DNA of 64,000 nt from Candidatus Dadabacteria bacterium (lineage in GTDB: Bacteria > Desulfobacterota_D > UBA1144 > Nemesobacterales > CSP1-2): contig CAWDVW010000005.1 of the NCBI GenBank assembly GCA_963805855.1, positions 480,001 through 544,000 on the forward strand, read 5' to 3'. Shown here in pieces: positions 1 through 12,700 of this stretch. The position numbers and the translations under genes are program-made. The notes under the pieces are model-generated. The model saw only the letters and a list, made by a program, of their open reading frames with translations, made no database searches and had not been told where the DNA came from. Position 1 is the first letter of the stretch, and the number at the start of each line of letters is the position of its first letter.

Positions 1-1
1 G

Positions 2-616
2 AGCAATGCGGCTCCTTTTTTGCTCTTTTCCGGTCCCCTATTATTGTCTTTTGGTGTGGAAAGCGGATGGAAACCCGTTGGAAAGAAAGGGAAAGTAACC
101 CGTGTAGAGAACAATATCCTCTATCAAATTGATGAAAAGCCTGCTACGGAGTATTATCAGCACTACCTTAAAATTGAATTGTCAGAAATCGTCCCTGAAT
201 ATCCTCTTGCAGTGTATGTGGGAGAGACAGAGAACTTTTACTTAAGAAACCCAGTTTATTTTAATAAGGAAGACGGCTCCATCTCTTTTATGGGAGATGT
301 TCCTCTAAATGCAACGGTGCAAATTACCCACGTCGAACGGGATGGAATCATCAACGCCACGGAAACGTCCGTTGCACAGGCACAAAGAAATTATCCCGGT
401 TCGAAGCCCGCTCTTGCCATTTGTTTTTCCTGTGCAGGGCGTAAACTGGTGCTCGGTACACGGGCGCATGAGGAGTTTCAAATTTTTCAAAAGAACAACT
501 TGAATTTAAAGGTTGCAGGCTTTTACGCCTATGGAGAAATTGCTCCGCTTCTGCCCGATACACCCTCCCAGTTTCATAATGAAACCTTTATAAGTTTGTT
601 AATAGGAGATGAATAA
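2..616 (+). CDS. FIST C-terminal domain signal transduction protein (5' partial)
   Basis: Frame is open from the window edge. FIST_C motifs SGWKPVG, FSCAGR, GFYAYGEIAP, FHNETF. Confidence 0.85.
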   Translation, partial: SNAAPFLLFSGPLLLSFGVESGWKPVGKKGKVTRVENNILYQIDEKPATEYYQHYLKIELSEIVPEYPLAVYVGETENFYLRNPVYFNKEDGSISFMGDVPLNATVQITHVERDGIINATETSVAQAQRNYPGSKPALAICFSCAGRKLVLGTRAHEEFQIFQKNNLNLKVAGFYAYGEIAPLLPDTPSQFHNETFISLLIGDE

Positions 617-722
617 AAATGTTACGATTATATGGATATGTGGGAATAGTTTAAAATCTGCCTAAAACTCCCTATCGATTTCAATATCAAAAATTTCTCG
701 CATTATTGAGGGATATTTAATA

Positions 723-1550
723 ATGTCCGAATCGGATGAAACAAAAAAACTGCTTAAACAGATCCGTTCTTTGACAAAGAAATTGAACCGATCTGAAAAT
801 AATCGGAGTTTCTTAGAACAAATGTGGGACCGCAATTCTAACCTGTTTCAGACCCTAAATACGGAGATTGAAAACCAAAGAACATTAATCCAGCAGCAGC
901 ATCAGCAACTGGAGAGGGAACGTCAAAAATCTGAAAATCTCCTGCTGAATATTCTCCCCCGATCCATTGCCCAACGCCTCAAAGAAAACCAATCGGTCAT
1001 TGCCGATCATTTCCATTCAACAACCGTATTATTCACCGATATTGTTGGCTTCACGAAGTTATCCGAAAACCTGACTCCCTCGGAATTAGTCCAGTTTCTC
1101 AATCAAATCTTTTCCTCCTTTGATAATTTGGTGGAAAAGTACCAATTGGAAAAAATAAAAACTGTTGGGGATGCCTATATGGTTGCAGGTGGGTTTCCTG
1201 AGCCTCGCCTCGATCACGCCGAAGCGATTGCCGATTTAGCGTTGGAAATGCAGGAATCATTGGCAAAGTTTCATACGGAAAAAAACCAAGCCGTCTCTAT
1301 GAGAACTGGAATTCATACAGGACCAGCTGTTGCTGGTGTTATTGGAATTAAAAAATTTATCTATGATGTTTGGGGCAATACGGTCAATACGGCAAGCCGC
1401 ATGGAATCTCATGGCATTGGCGGACAAATCCAAGTATCTCACGCAACTTACAACGTGCTAAAAGATAAATATATACTCAAGAAACGAGGGATAATTGAAA
1501 TCAAAGGAAAAGGAAGAATGATGACTTATTTTTTGCAAGGGAAAAAATGA
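723..1550 (+). CDS. Class III adenylate/guanylate cyclase with N-terminal coiled coil
   Basis: LLLNILP signalling helix, FTDIVGFT, EKIKTVGDAYM, YDVWGNTVNTASRMES. The K and D specificity residues favour ATP. Confidence 0.92.
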   Translation: MSESDETKKLLKQIRSLTKKLNRSENNRSFLEQMWDRNSNLFQTLNTEIENQRTLIQQQHQQLERERQKSENLLLNILPRSIAQRLKENQSVIADHFHSTTVLFTDIVGFTKLSENLTPSELVQFLNQIFSSFDNLVEKYQLEKIKTVGDAYMVAGGFPEPRLDHAEAIADLALEMQESLAKFHTEKNQAVSMRTGIHTGPAVAGVIGIKKFIYDVWGNTVNTASRMESHGIGGQIQVSHATYNVLKDKYILKKRGIIEIKGKGRMMTYFLQGKK

Positions 1551-1763
1551 ATAGTATGATACAGGTTAAATCGGGTATTCGAGGGAAACAAAAGATGTAT
1601 TAATTTAATCCTAAGACTTCTCACAATGCAAACTGACTTTTGGCACTTAAATCAATTAAATATCTAAATCGACACTAACATGGCCGGAATAGTTGCAACA
1701 CCACTTTGGTGGAATTGCCAATCCTTTGTCGAGGTATAACATTGACTATGTCACCTTGTATTT

Positions 1764-1816
1764 TTTCACTATTTCTAAACACAATTTGTTTTGATTGTCA
1801 ACCGCACGGATGGTCC
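1764..1816 (+). repeat. Degenerate direct repeat, copy 1 (copy 2 at 6488-6539)
   Basis: tttcactatttctaaacacaatttgttttgattgtcaaccgcacggatggtcc aligns by eye with tttcactagttccacacaccaattagtttgattgtagaccgcacggatgtcc. Confidence 0.7.
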
Positions 1817-2034
1817 TGCGATGGATAGATAACTTTCTTACATTATTATATTTGTGACGAAGAAATTTCAGATCTGAATGAGTAAATATCACTGGTATTA
1901 TAACCACAACATAACTAGATTTGGGCTTCCGAATCGTCTTGCAACAAGGCTAGTTTAAGTTGGAATTATGAAAATTTAACGCTTAATGGCTATTCCCACG
2001 ACCTCTAGTATTGATTATTTATCAAAGATCTAAC

Positions 2035-2460
2035 TTAACTTATGGACCTATTATAGGAGGGGCAGGCCATAGCTATTAGCTTGCCATCTATCTTGTCTGT
2101 CTTCTTATGTCTCTTAGCGAATGCCTTAAGCTCGTATGTGTTAGCCAAATATACCTTATCGGCATATTGCTCAGCTAAATCTACGAAGAAATACCAATTG
2201 TAGGTGGATTCCACTGCGAGTATAAACGGCTTAGGTATCTGTTCAAAGTAGCCCTCTAATTCCTCTTCAGTATTTGTTACATTTCTACTATCCAGTTTTC
2301 TGCACCTTGAATCTACTACGTAAAATAATGATGTTTTTTTGTGTAGATCTACTCCGACATAGTTCATGGTGATTCCTCCCCCTGTTTTGGATTAAGTTTT
2401 CCCACTTTAATCCAAGTCTAACAGATTACGAGGAGTCACCTCTCATACTATCACGTCCCC
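2035..2460 (-). mobile_element. IS110-family element remnant: truncated DEDD recombinase (2367-2035) plus structured upstream non-coding end
   Basis: MNYVGVDLHKK...LAVESTYNW...KTDKIDG is the IS110 N-terminal RuvC-like domain. Similarity is lost after ~100 aa and no C-terminal domain follows. Confidence 0.85.
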
Positions 2461-2578
2461 TTTAATCGAAAATAGGGCATCATCTCCTTGAGAACTCTCG
2501 GGTCGATTGGTGTAGTAGCGTTATAATCTAAATATATATTCGTCATCTAATTATCCGTTTGCTTGTCTGGTTTCGCGG

Positions 2579-3478
2579 TCATTTTGATTCGACAAGAGAT
2601 TCATATTCTTTGCTTACTATAGAGATAAACTCCGTTGCGAGTTTTGACAGTTTCCTATCTTTATGCCATGCCGCGACTACCGTTCTCAAAGGAGACTGCC
2701 CCTTAATCTCTCTATACTCACAGCTATTTGAAGCGTCTTTCACTACAAGCATCTTTGGGACAAGAGAGATTCCGTTACCGAAAGACACGCATTGCTGTAT
2801 AGTCGATAAATTCCAGGTGCGGCATATTATTTCAGGATTAATTTGTTTTTCATAACAGAAACTCTTAACCTGCTCCCCTAAGCAATGCTCCTCATCCAAA
2901 GCTATAAATGGAACGCTTTTAAGGTCTTCTATCCTTATGTTTTTTGATTTTGATAGAGGATGCCCGGGAGGGAGCGCCAGAACCAAAGGGTCATCAAAAA
3001 GTACTTTAGTCTGAATAAGAGGGTCGTCAATCGGAAGACTCATTATAGCTAGGTCTATATCCAGATTAATGATTCCCTTTATCAGCCTCTCCGTTAGATT
3101 TTCATTTATTTTTATTCGGGAAATAGGAAAATTTCTGTGATATCTATCCAAAGAACCGGGCAGCAAATATGGGGCAATTGTGGGTATCAGTCCTACCGAG
3201 AGAGTTCCCGAGCCAGAATTCACATCCTCTAATATTGCAGACTTAATACTCGCCGCTTCTTTAAGAATGAGCTTAGCTCTAGGCAGCAGTGCCTTTCCGG
3301 CCTCGGTTAACACAATTTTTCTGCTCAGTCTCTCAAAAAGCTCCTGTCCAAGTTCGTGCTCAAGTTTAATGACCTGCTGACTGAGCGAAGGCTGCGCAAC
3401 ATAACACCTCTTTGCAGCTTTACTAAACCCGCCTGTTTCAGCAACAGCAACGAAATATCTCAACTGGTGAAGTTCCAT
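2579..3478 (-). CDS. oxyR: LysR-family hydrogen peroxide sensor
   Basis: LysR HTH (QLRYFVAVAE...AQPSLSQQV). HCLGEQVKSFC matches the OxyR C199/C208 pair. Divergent from katG. Confidence 0.85.
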   Translation of the reverse strand: MELHQLRYFVAVAETGGFSKAAKRCYVAQPSLSQQVIKLEHELGQELFERLSRKIVLTEAGKALLPRAKLILKEAASIKSAILEDVNSGSGTLSVGLIPTIAPYLLPGSLDRYHRNFPISRIKINENLTERLIKGIINLDIDLAIMSLPIDDPLIQTKVLFDDPLVLALPPGHPLSKSKNIRIEDLKSVPFIALDEEHCLGEQVKSFCYEKQINPEIICRTWNLSTIQQCVSFGNGISLVPKMLVVKDASNSCEYREIKGQSPLRTVVAAWHKDRKLSKLATEFISIVSKEYESLVESK

Positions 3479-3495
3479 AATGCTGACCCTAAACT

Positions 3496-5848
<2,353 letters not shown>

Positions 5849-5857
5849 CTTCAGTGC

Positions 5858-5885
5858 TGGCTGGCCGAAAGGCCAACCATTTTCT
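5858..5885 (+). terminator. Intrinsic terminator after katG
   Basis: tggctggcc-GAAA-ggccaacca hairpin followed by ttttct. Confidence 0.65.
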
Positions 5886-5917
5886 GTTGCTGGGCTCGGC
5901 AATACTTGATGTGATAG

Positions 5918-6163
5918 ATATTTTGTAACTGCCGAGCCGACTTTGGTCACACGGCCGACGATTTCGTGGCCGGGGACCATCGGGTAGACAGCGGGCAAAA
6001 GATTCTTCCACTCGTTACGCACCTCGTCGAGGTCGGAGTGGCAGATGCCGCAGAAGAGTATTTCGAACTGAACGTCGCGTTCAGTTGGATCACGCCGCGG
6101 GATCGTGGTGGGAACTAACGGCGATGTCTCACTGGCAGCGGAATATGCTTTTGTATGATACAT
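5918..6163 (-). pseudogene. N-terminal remnant of Zn-dependent NAD(P) alcohol dehydrogenase (cinnamyl-ADH-like)
   Basis: FCGICHSD and [12 protein letters not shown] motifs. Similarity ends at residue ~82, after which the frame runs antisense into katG. Confidence 0.85.
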
Positions 6164-6229
6164 GGATTTATCCTCCTATTGATTTCATTCTTGGTATTGC
6201 TCGTCGGTTACCTTCTCCATCCAGTCGAC

Positions 6230-6423
6230 GGCCTTGCCGCCTAGTCCATGGAGATAAAGAGAGCGCCCTACGAGTGGCTCAAGTTTTATGGGCGGGCGTG
6301 CATGGTACTTGTTCGCTCGGGCTGACGCAGAGACTGGGGCAAGATGGTACGGAACTGTTAAAATCCATGTCTGACTCTCTGATCGAGAATTACATGAGGG
6401 GTCTGAGTCAAGGTAAGGAATGA
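6230..6423 (+). pseudogene. C-terminal remnant of TetR-family (WHG-domain) regulator
   Basis: AQVLWAGVHGTCSL...LIENYMRGL resembles the WHG C-terminal domain. No HTH or plausible start upstream. Confidence 0.55.
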
Positions 6424-6487
6424 TAATGAAGCGTTGTCGCAGTTACTTATATTTCAAGTTATTCTTTTGCCAATCAACTGAGTAAGC

Positions 6488-6539
6488 TTTCACTAGTTCC
6501 ACACACCAATTAGTTTGATTGTAGACCGCACGGATGTCC
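6488..6539 (+). repeat. Degenerate direct repeat, copy 2 (copy 1 at 1764-1816)
   Basis: Shared blocks tttcacta, tttgattgt, accgcacggatg. Confidence 0.7.
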
Positions 6540-6769
6540 GTGTCGTTATTAATCATCAAATTTAAATCCTAAAAACAGGGGACAGACGTCCCTAATCTCG
6601 ATGCCAAACAACGAAAAGATTAATTAAATCAATAGAGATCTGATATTTAAATCTTCTCAGGGATGAAATTCAATATCTTTGGTGGGGTTGCATCTATGAT
6701 GAACAACCATGAACTTGGTGAGAAAACCGCAACTATTTTCTTGAACAAAAACTAATTAGAATAAAACAC

Positions 6770-7921
6770 ATGGCAATTTCAGAGCATATCAATTTCTTAA
6801 TCGTTGGGGCGGGGCCATTCGGATTATCAATGGCTGCCTATGCTGAATATCAAAAACTAGATCATTTGGTTATCGGTAAACCTATGAGCTTCTGGAAGGA
6901 GAACATGCCGAAGGGCATGTTTCTGAGATCAGGTCGTGAGTGGCATCTATGCCCGGAAGGGATTTATACAATCGATAAATATTTGGAAACTAAACAGTTA
7001 AAGCCGGAGAACGTAGAGCCACTCTCCTTAGATTTCTACCTGAGCTACACTGAGTGGTTCCAGGAACAGACCAAAGTCCAGATTCAGGAGTCTTTGGTTC
7101 AGCGCCTCGATCATTCAAATAATCAATTTGTGGCAACGCTAGACGATGGCCAAACCATCACGGCAAGCAATGTATTACTTGCGCTAGGGTTTAGATATTT
7201 CAAAAATGTACCAACCGAATTGGCAGAAATCATCCCTCCAGAGCGCTTTTCTCATACATGCGATTTAGTGAATTTTGATTCCCTAAAGGATAAAAAATGT
7301 TTGATCATAGGAGGTCGACAGAGTGCTTATGAATGGGCTGCGTTGATAAACGAAAACGGAGCAGCGGCGATTCACGTTTCGCACAGACATGAAACCCCTC
7401 AATTTGCCAAGTCCGATTGGGCATGGGTTGGTCCCATGATGGATACTATGACTAAAAATCTGGATTGGTTTCGCAATTTGCCGAAACGGAAGCGGGAAGA
7501 AATTCAGAGGAGATTTTGGGCCGAAGGAAGGTTAAAGCTGGAACCATGGCTTTGGCCGAGAATCAACAAAGAAAATATTAAAATTTGGCCGTCCTCTCGG
7601 GTTGTAGCCTGCAAAGAACTCCCAACCGGCGAACTTGAGGTGAAATTAGATATCGGAGAAAGACTCACTGTAGACCACATCATCTTGGCCACCGGCTATA
7701 AAGTAAACATGGAAAACGTGCCTTTTCTTACAGCGGGAAACGTCCTTTCGAAGCTGAAAATCCAGGAAGGCTACCCTGTTTTAGATGAAAACTTTCAAAG
7801 CAATATACCCGGACTATTTATCACGAGCATGGCTGCTACAAGGGATTTTGGAAATTTTTTTGCATTTACTGTAAGTGCAGTTGCATCTGCGCGAATTATC
7901 GGAAAAGCAATCAAGAACTAA
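6770..7921 (+). CDS. FAD/NAD(P)-dependent oxidoreductase (flavoprotein monooxygenase-like)
   Basis: IVGAGPFGLS and IIGGRQSA nucleotide-binding motifs, ILATGY, FQSNIPGLF. Confidence 0.85.
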   Translation: MAISEHINFLIVGAGPFGLSMAAYAEYQKLDHLVIGKPMSFWKENMPKGMFLRSGREWHLCPEGIYTIDKYLETKQLKPENVEPLSLDFYLSYTEWFQEQTKVQIQESLVQRLDHSNNQFVATLDDGQTITASNVLLALGFRYFKNVPTELAEIIPPERFSHTCDLVNFDSLKDKKCLIIGGRQSAYEWAALINENGAAAIHVSHRHETPQFAKSDWAWVGPMMDTMTKNLDWFRNLPKRKREEIQRRFWAEGRLKLEPWLWPRINKENIKIWPSSRVVACKELPTGELEVKLDIGERLTVDHIILATGYKVNMENVPFLTAGNVLSKLKIQEGYPVLDENFQSNIPGLFITSMAATRDFGNFFAFTVSAVASARIIGKAIKN

Positions 7922-8103
7922 ACTCAAAGTACCTCCGAGAGGTGGAAAATTATATTGAAAGATTTGATGCAGTCTCAGTAATAATTAGTGCAATCTTAAT
8001 AATGATCAGGTATAAAATATAATATAGGACTAACAATCTACCCTTCTCGTCCATATAAATCTCAAATTTTTAATTTAGAAGGGAAGAAAATGGAGGTATA
8101 AAA

Positions 8104-8634
8104 ATGGCTCGAGTTAAATACGTTGAACAAAGCGATACGGACAATCCCATAATTAAGGATGCTTATGAGCGGATGATAAAAAAAAGAGGAAAGGTGACAA
8201 ACATCTATAAAGCCCTTGCACACAAGCCCTCAATCCTATCTACTATCGGGCCATTTGTCGCCGCAGTTCAGCAGCCGGATGAGATAGATGCAAAGCTTAA
8301 AGAGAGAATCATCCTCAGAGTCTCGAAGATCAACCGCTCAAGGTATTGCTGTCACGCACATGAGCAAATCAGTGCCAAAATGGGATTTACCGGCGATGAG
8401 ATCACTGAGATGGATAATCCCGATTCGGCAAATATTTCAGACGCCGAAAAGGCAGCCCTAAAATATGCTGAAGCCCTAACAGTAAACCCGGGCAATATTA
8501 GTGAGCAGGTATACGAAGATCTAAAGAAATATTACAGCGAGTCACAGATCGTAGAAATAACCGCAATCGCTGCTCTGTATAATATGATAAATCGCTTCAA
8601 TGAAGCACTGAAGCTTGACCCTGAGGAATACTGA
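8104..8634 (+). CDS. Carboxymuconolactone decarboxylase/AhpD-like protein
   Basis: KERIILRVSKINRSRYCCHAH, QIVEIT...YNMINRFN. SD ggagg upstream. Confidence 0.85.
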   Translation: MARVKYVEQSDTDNPIIKDAYERMIKKRGKVTNIYKALAHKPSILSTIGPFVAAVQQPDEIDAKLKERIILRVSKINRSRYCCHAHEQISAKMGFTGDEITEMDNPDSANISDAEKAALKYAEALTVNPGNISEQVYEDLKKYYSESQIVEITAIAALYNMINRFNEALKLDPEEY

Positions 8635-8664
8635 TAAAATTGACCTAAGGGGAAAGAACTTACG

Positions 8665-9501
8665 ATGAGTCAGATTTCCGGAGAGAAAATGGAGACGAAA
8701 AAGGGATTGGACTATTCTGTACTGCATAAGTTAGACAGCCCGGCTAATCAATTGATCAGAAAAAGTATCTTCGGAGATCAAGACATCGGTCAGCAGTCAT
8801 TTATCACCCCCAGATATCTAGATGAACTAATACACGAGACAGGAATAGGTGCCGAAACTTACGCACTGGATATTGGGAGCGGAGTAGGAGGCCCTGCCGT
8901 TTACATGGCAAATAAAACCAGATGCCGTTTAACAGGAATAGATGTTTCAGATGTCGGAGTAGAAACAGCCAATAAACTCGCTGGCGGCGCCGGACTGAGT
9001 GAACGAGTAAATTTCGTCTTAGGCGATGCCATGGATATGCCGTTTCCGGATAACAGTTTCGATATAGCGATCAGCATTAATGTAATGAATGTGTTTAAAG
9101 ACAAAGAAGGTCTATTTCAACATGTATTGCGAGTATTAAAACCGAAAGGATTATTCGCTTTCTTAAGCGGCACCTTTGATATGCCTGATGACCCAAAGAC
9201 TATCGAGGATATGGCGCATGGCTATCTTATCCCCCAGTATTATGACACAGTAGATGGTTATAAATCTAAACTAAAGCGACCAGGATTCATGATACTCAAG
9301 GTGATTGAATACGTTTGGGATTTCAGGATTCAAAACAAGCTGTGGGGTGACGCCTATAAGAAGCACTACGATGCTATCGTTAAGGAGCAGGGTAAAGAAA
9401 ACACAGACTTACACATAATATATTTTGACACCTACCTGAGGCTTATCGATGAGGGTCGTGCAGGAAATTACCTATTTATTTCACAAAAGCCCGGTAGCTG
9501 A
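8665..9501 (+). CDS. Class I SAM-dependent methyltransferase
   Basis: LDIGSGVGGPA, TGIDVS, GDAMDMPFPDNSFD, RVLKPKG. Start may be 8689. Confidence 0.88.
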   Translation: MSQISGEKMETKKGLDYSVLHKLDSPANQLIRKSIFGDQDIGQQSFITPRYLDELIHETGIGAETYALDIGSGVGGPAVYMANKTRCRLTGIDVSDVGVETANKLAGGAGLSERVNFVLGDAMDMPFPDNSFDIAISINVMNVFKDKEGLFQHVLRVLKPKGLFAFLSGTFDMPDDPKTIEDMAHGYLIPQYYDTVDGYKSKLKRPGFMILKVIEYVWDFRIQNKLWGDAYKKHYDAIVKEQGKENTDLHIIYFDTYLRLIDEGRAGNYLFISQKPGS

Positions 9502-9797
9502 ATCATAAGCAAATATCTTTATGAGTGGATTTGTAACACCCTCCCTCCCAGGCACTACACAAGTCTTTGAAAACGTCCAATCATAATTCCTGATCGAGCG
9601 ACGTAGGAACTGGTTCTCACGATAGTCCGGGAACCCTTTTTCTTGTGCGAAACAACCGACTGCATCATTTGACATTGAGATTTGTAATATCTTAAAATCA
9701 TAGATAGGGCAAATGCATAGTGGGTCAATTATGATTTAAGAAAAAATAATGATCTAGGCCCACATTCATTTCCACTAATGAAATTCTGAATTCTATC

Positions 9798-12700
9798 ATG
9801 CTTTGTATTAATTGCGGTTTTGAAAATCCATCGGGGTTCAAGTTCTGCGGTGAATGCGGAACTCCTATCGCAAAGGATTCTCAGGAATTAAAACCTCACA
9901 AAAAACATAAAGATGAGGCCGAACGTCGGCAGTTAACGGTGATGTTTTGTGATTTAGTTGGGTCGACGTATCTTTCACAGCAACTTGATCCCGAAGAACT
10001 ACGCGATGTAATTAAAGAATATCAAGGCGCATGCGCAGAGGTAATAAGCCACTTTGATGGTCATCTGGCAAAGTATCTTGGAGATGGAATTCTAGTTTAC
10101 TTTGGCTATCCACGGGCGCATGAAGATGATGCCAATAGAGCTGTGAGAGCCGGATTAGAAATTGTAGGGGTAATACATGAATTGCCCCTACATAATACGC
10201 AGCTACAACAAGCCCTCCAGGTACGAATCGGGATCCACACAGGTCTTGTAGTGGCAGGGGAGATGGGAGGAGGAAAAAGGCGCGAGCCCATGGCAATTGT
10301 TGGGGAAACGCCTAATGTCGCTGCAAGGCTTCAAGGATTAGCGGAGCCGAATACGGTGGTAATAAGCGGAGCAACTCATAAGCTAGTAGAGGGATTTTTC
10401 GAGCACAAGAATTTAGGGATGCACGCGTTGAAGGGGATTTCGACCCCAATGGAAGTCTATCAAGTGCTTCAAGAGAGTGGAGTTTACAGCCGATTCGAAG
10501 CGGCTGTTACAAAAGGGCTTACGCCTCTTGTAGGGAGGGAGCAAGAGGTTGGGATTTTGCTTGACCGCTGGCAACAGGCAAAGGAAGGAAGGGGACAGGT
10601 CGTTTTGATTGGCGGTGAAGCTGGTATCGGTAAATCACGCCTTGTTCAGATGATGAAAGAGAGCCTAGCGGGAGAGTCACATGCAAGAATTGAAGTCCGC
10701 TGCTCACCCTTTTACCAAAACAGTGCCTTGTATCCCTTGATCGACAATTTACAGCGAGTACTCCAGTTTAGTAGGGAAGATTCATCTGAGGAGAAGCTGG
10801 GCAAGCTCGAGAAAACTCTGGAGCAGTATGATTTTCCCCTTCGAGAGGTGTTCCCTCTTTTTGCCTCCTTACTTTCTCTGCCACTCCCCGATTATTATCC
10901 ACCTCTTAATCTAACTCCTCAGAAGCAGAAGCAGAAGACTCTGGAAGCGTTTCTTGCTTGGATGCTGAAAGAGGCGGAGAGAGATCCGATGCTGAGTGTA
11001 GTGGAAGACCTGCACTGGGTAGACTCCTCAACGCTTGAGTACCTAAGTCTCCTTGTGGAGCGAGTGCCCTCCTCACGCATCTTTGCTCTGTTTACCTTCC
11101 ACCCGAATTTTAGCCCCCCCTGGCCCATACGTTCGCACATGACCCAGATTATGCTAAATCGCTTCACTCGAAAGCAGGCCGAGGTGATGGTCGAGAGGGG
11201 CACGGGAGGGAAGGCTTTTCCCGCCGAAGTGATTCAGCAGATAGTGAACAAAACCGATGGGGTACCGCTTTTTGTGGAAGAGCTAACCAAGATGGTGCTG
11301 GAGTCGGGATTGCTAAGTGAGCGAGAGAGCTATTATGAACTCACAGGTCCGTTACCCTCACTTGCGATTCCAACGACACTCCAGGATTCGCTCATGGCGC
11401 GACTTGATAGGCTAGCTACGGCCAAAGAGGTAGCCCAACTAGGAGCTACTTTAGGACGGGAGTTCACTTACGAGTTACTCCAGACTGTCTCCCCCCTTGA
11501 TGAGACAACCCTGCAGAGAGAGCTAGGCAAGTTAGTGAAAGCCGAGCTTCTCTACCAAAGGGGTCCCCTGCCACAGGCTAAATACTTTTTCAAACATTCC
11601 CTGATTCAGCAGGCAGCTTATCAGTCACTTCTAAAGAGCAAGAGGCAGCACTATCATCAAATTATTGCGCAGGTCTTGGAGGAGAAATTTCCAGAGACTG
11701 TTGAGACACAGCCTGAGTTTCTAGCCTACCACTACACCGAGGCAGGTTCAAGAGAACAGGCCATTCCGTACTGGCAGAAGGCAGGGCAGAGAGCCATCGA
11801 GCGCTCGGCCAATTTAGAAGCAATCGGCCACCTAACCAAAGGACTGGAGCTACTCAAGAATATGCCGGAAACACCAGAGCACACCCAGCAAGAACTTACG
11901 CTGCAAATTGCCCTGGGCGTGCCCCTGATAGCTACCAAGGGTGGTTCATCCCCAGAGGTAGAAAAAGTCTACACTCGGGCGAGGGAGTTATGTAAGAAGG
12001 TGGGTGAAACCCCTCAGCTTTTTCCGGTTCTGTTTGGATTGTGGAGGGTTTATATTGGGCGAGCTGAATTACAAACGGCCCGGAACCTGGGAGAAGAACT
12101 CCTTTCATTGGCTCAGAGCGTAAAAGACCCAGCTCTTTTCCTTCAAGCCCACCACGCCCTTTGGACCACTTTATCTTACCTCGGAGATTTAAGCCTGGCT
12201 CGAAAGCATTTGGAGCAGGGAATTGCCCTCTACCATCCCCAGCAGTACAAATCTCATGCTTTTATTTACGGCGGACACGATCCCGGAGTATGCTGCAGGT
12301 CGTATCTAGCGTGGGTTTTGTGGTTGTTGGGTTATCCAGAGCAGGCTCTTAAGAAAAGCCAAGAGGCTCTCAAGCTGGCCCAGGATCTGTCTCACCCCAA
12401 TAGCCTAGCCATTGCACTTGACTCTGCTGCCATAGTCCATCAGCTCTGTCGAGAGGAACAAGCAGTCCGAGAGCAGGCGGAGGCAATAATTGCTCTTTCT
12501 TTGGAGCAGGAATTTAGATTTTCGTTAGCACTAGGGACTATCATGCGAGGCTGGGCGCTGGCCGAGTTAGGGCAAAGGGAAGAGGGCATTACACAGATGC
12601 GCCAGGGTATGGCCGCCTTTCGGGGCACCGGATCAGAACTTGGACTCTCTTATACTCTCTCACTCCTAGGCGAGGTATTTGGAAAAGGGGGACAGACCGA

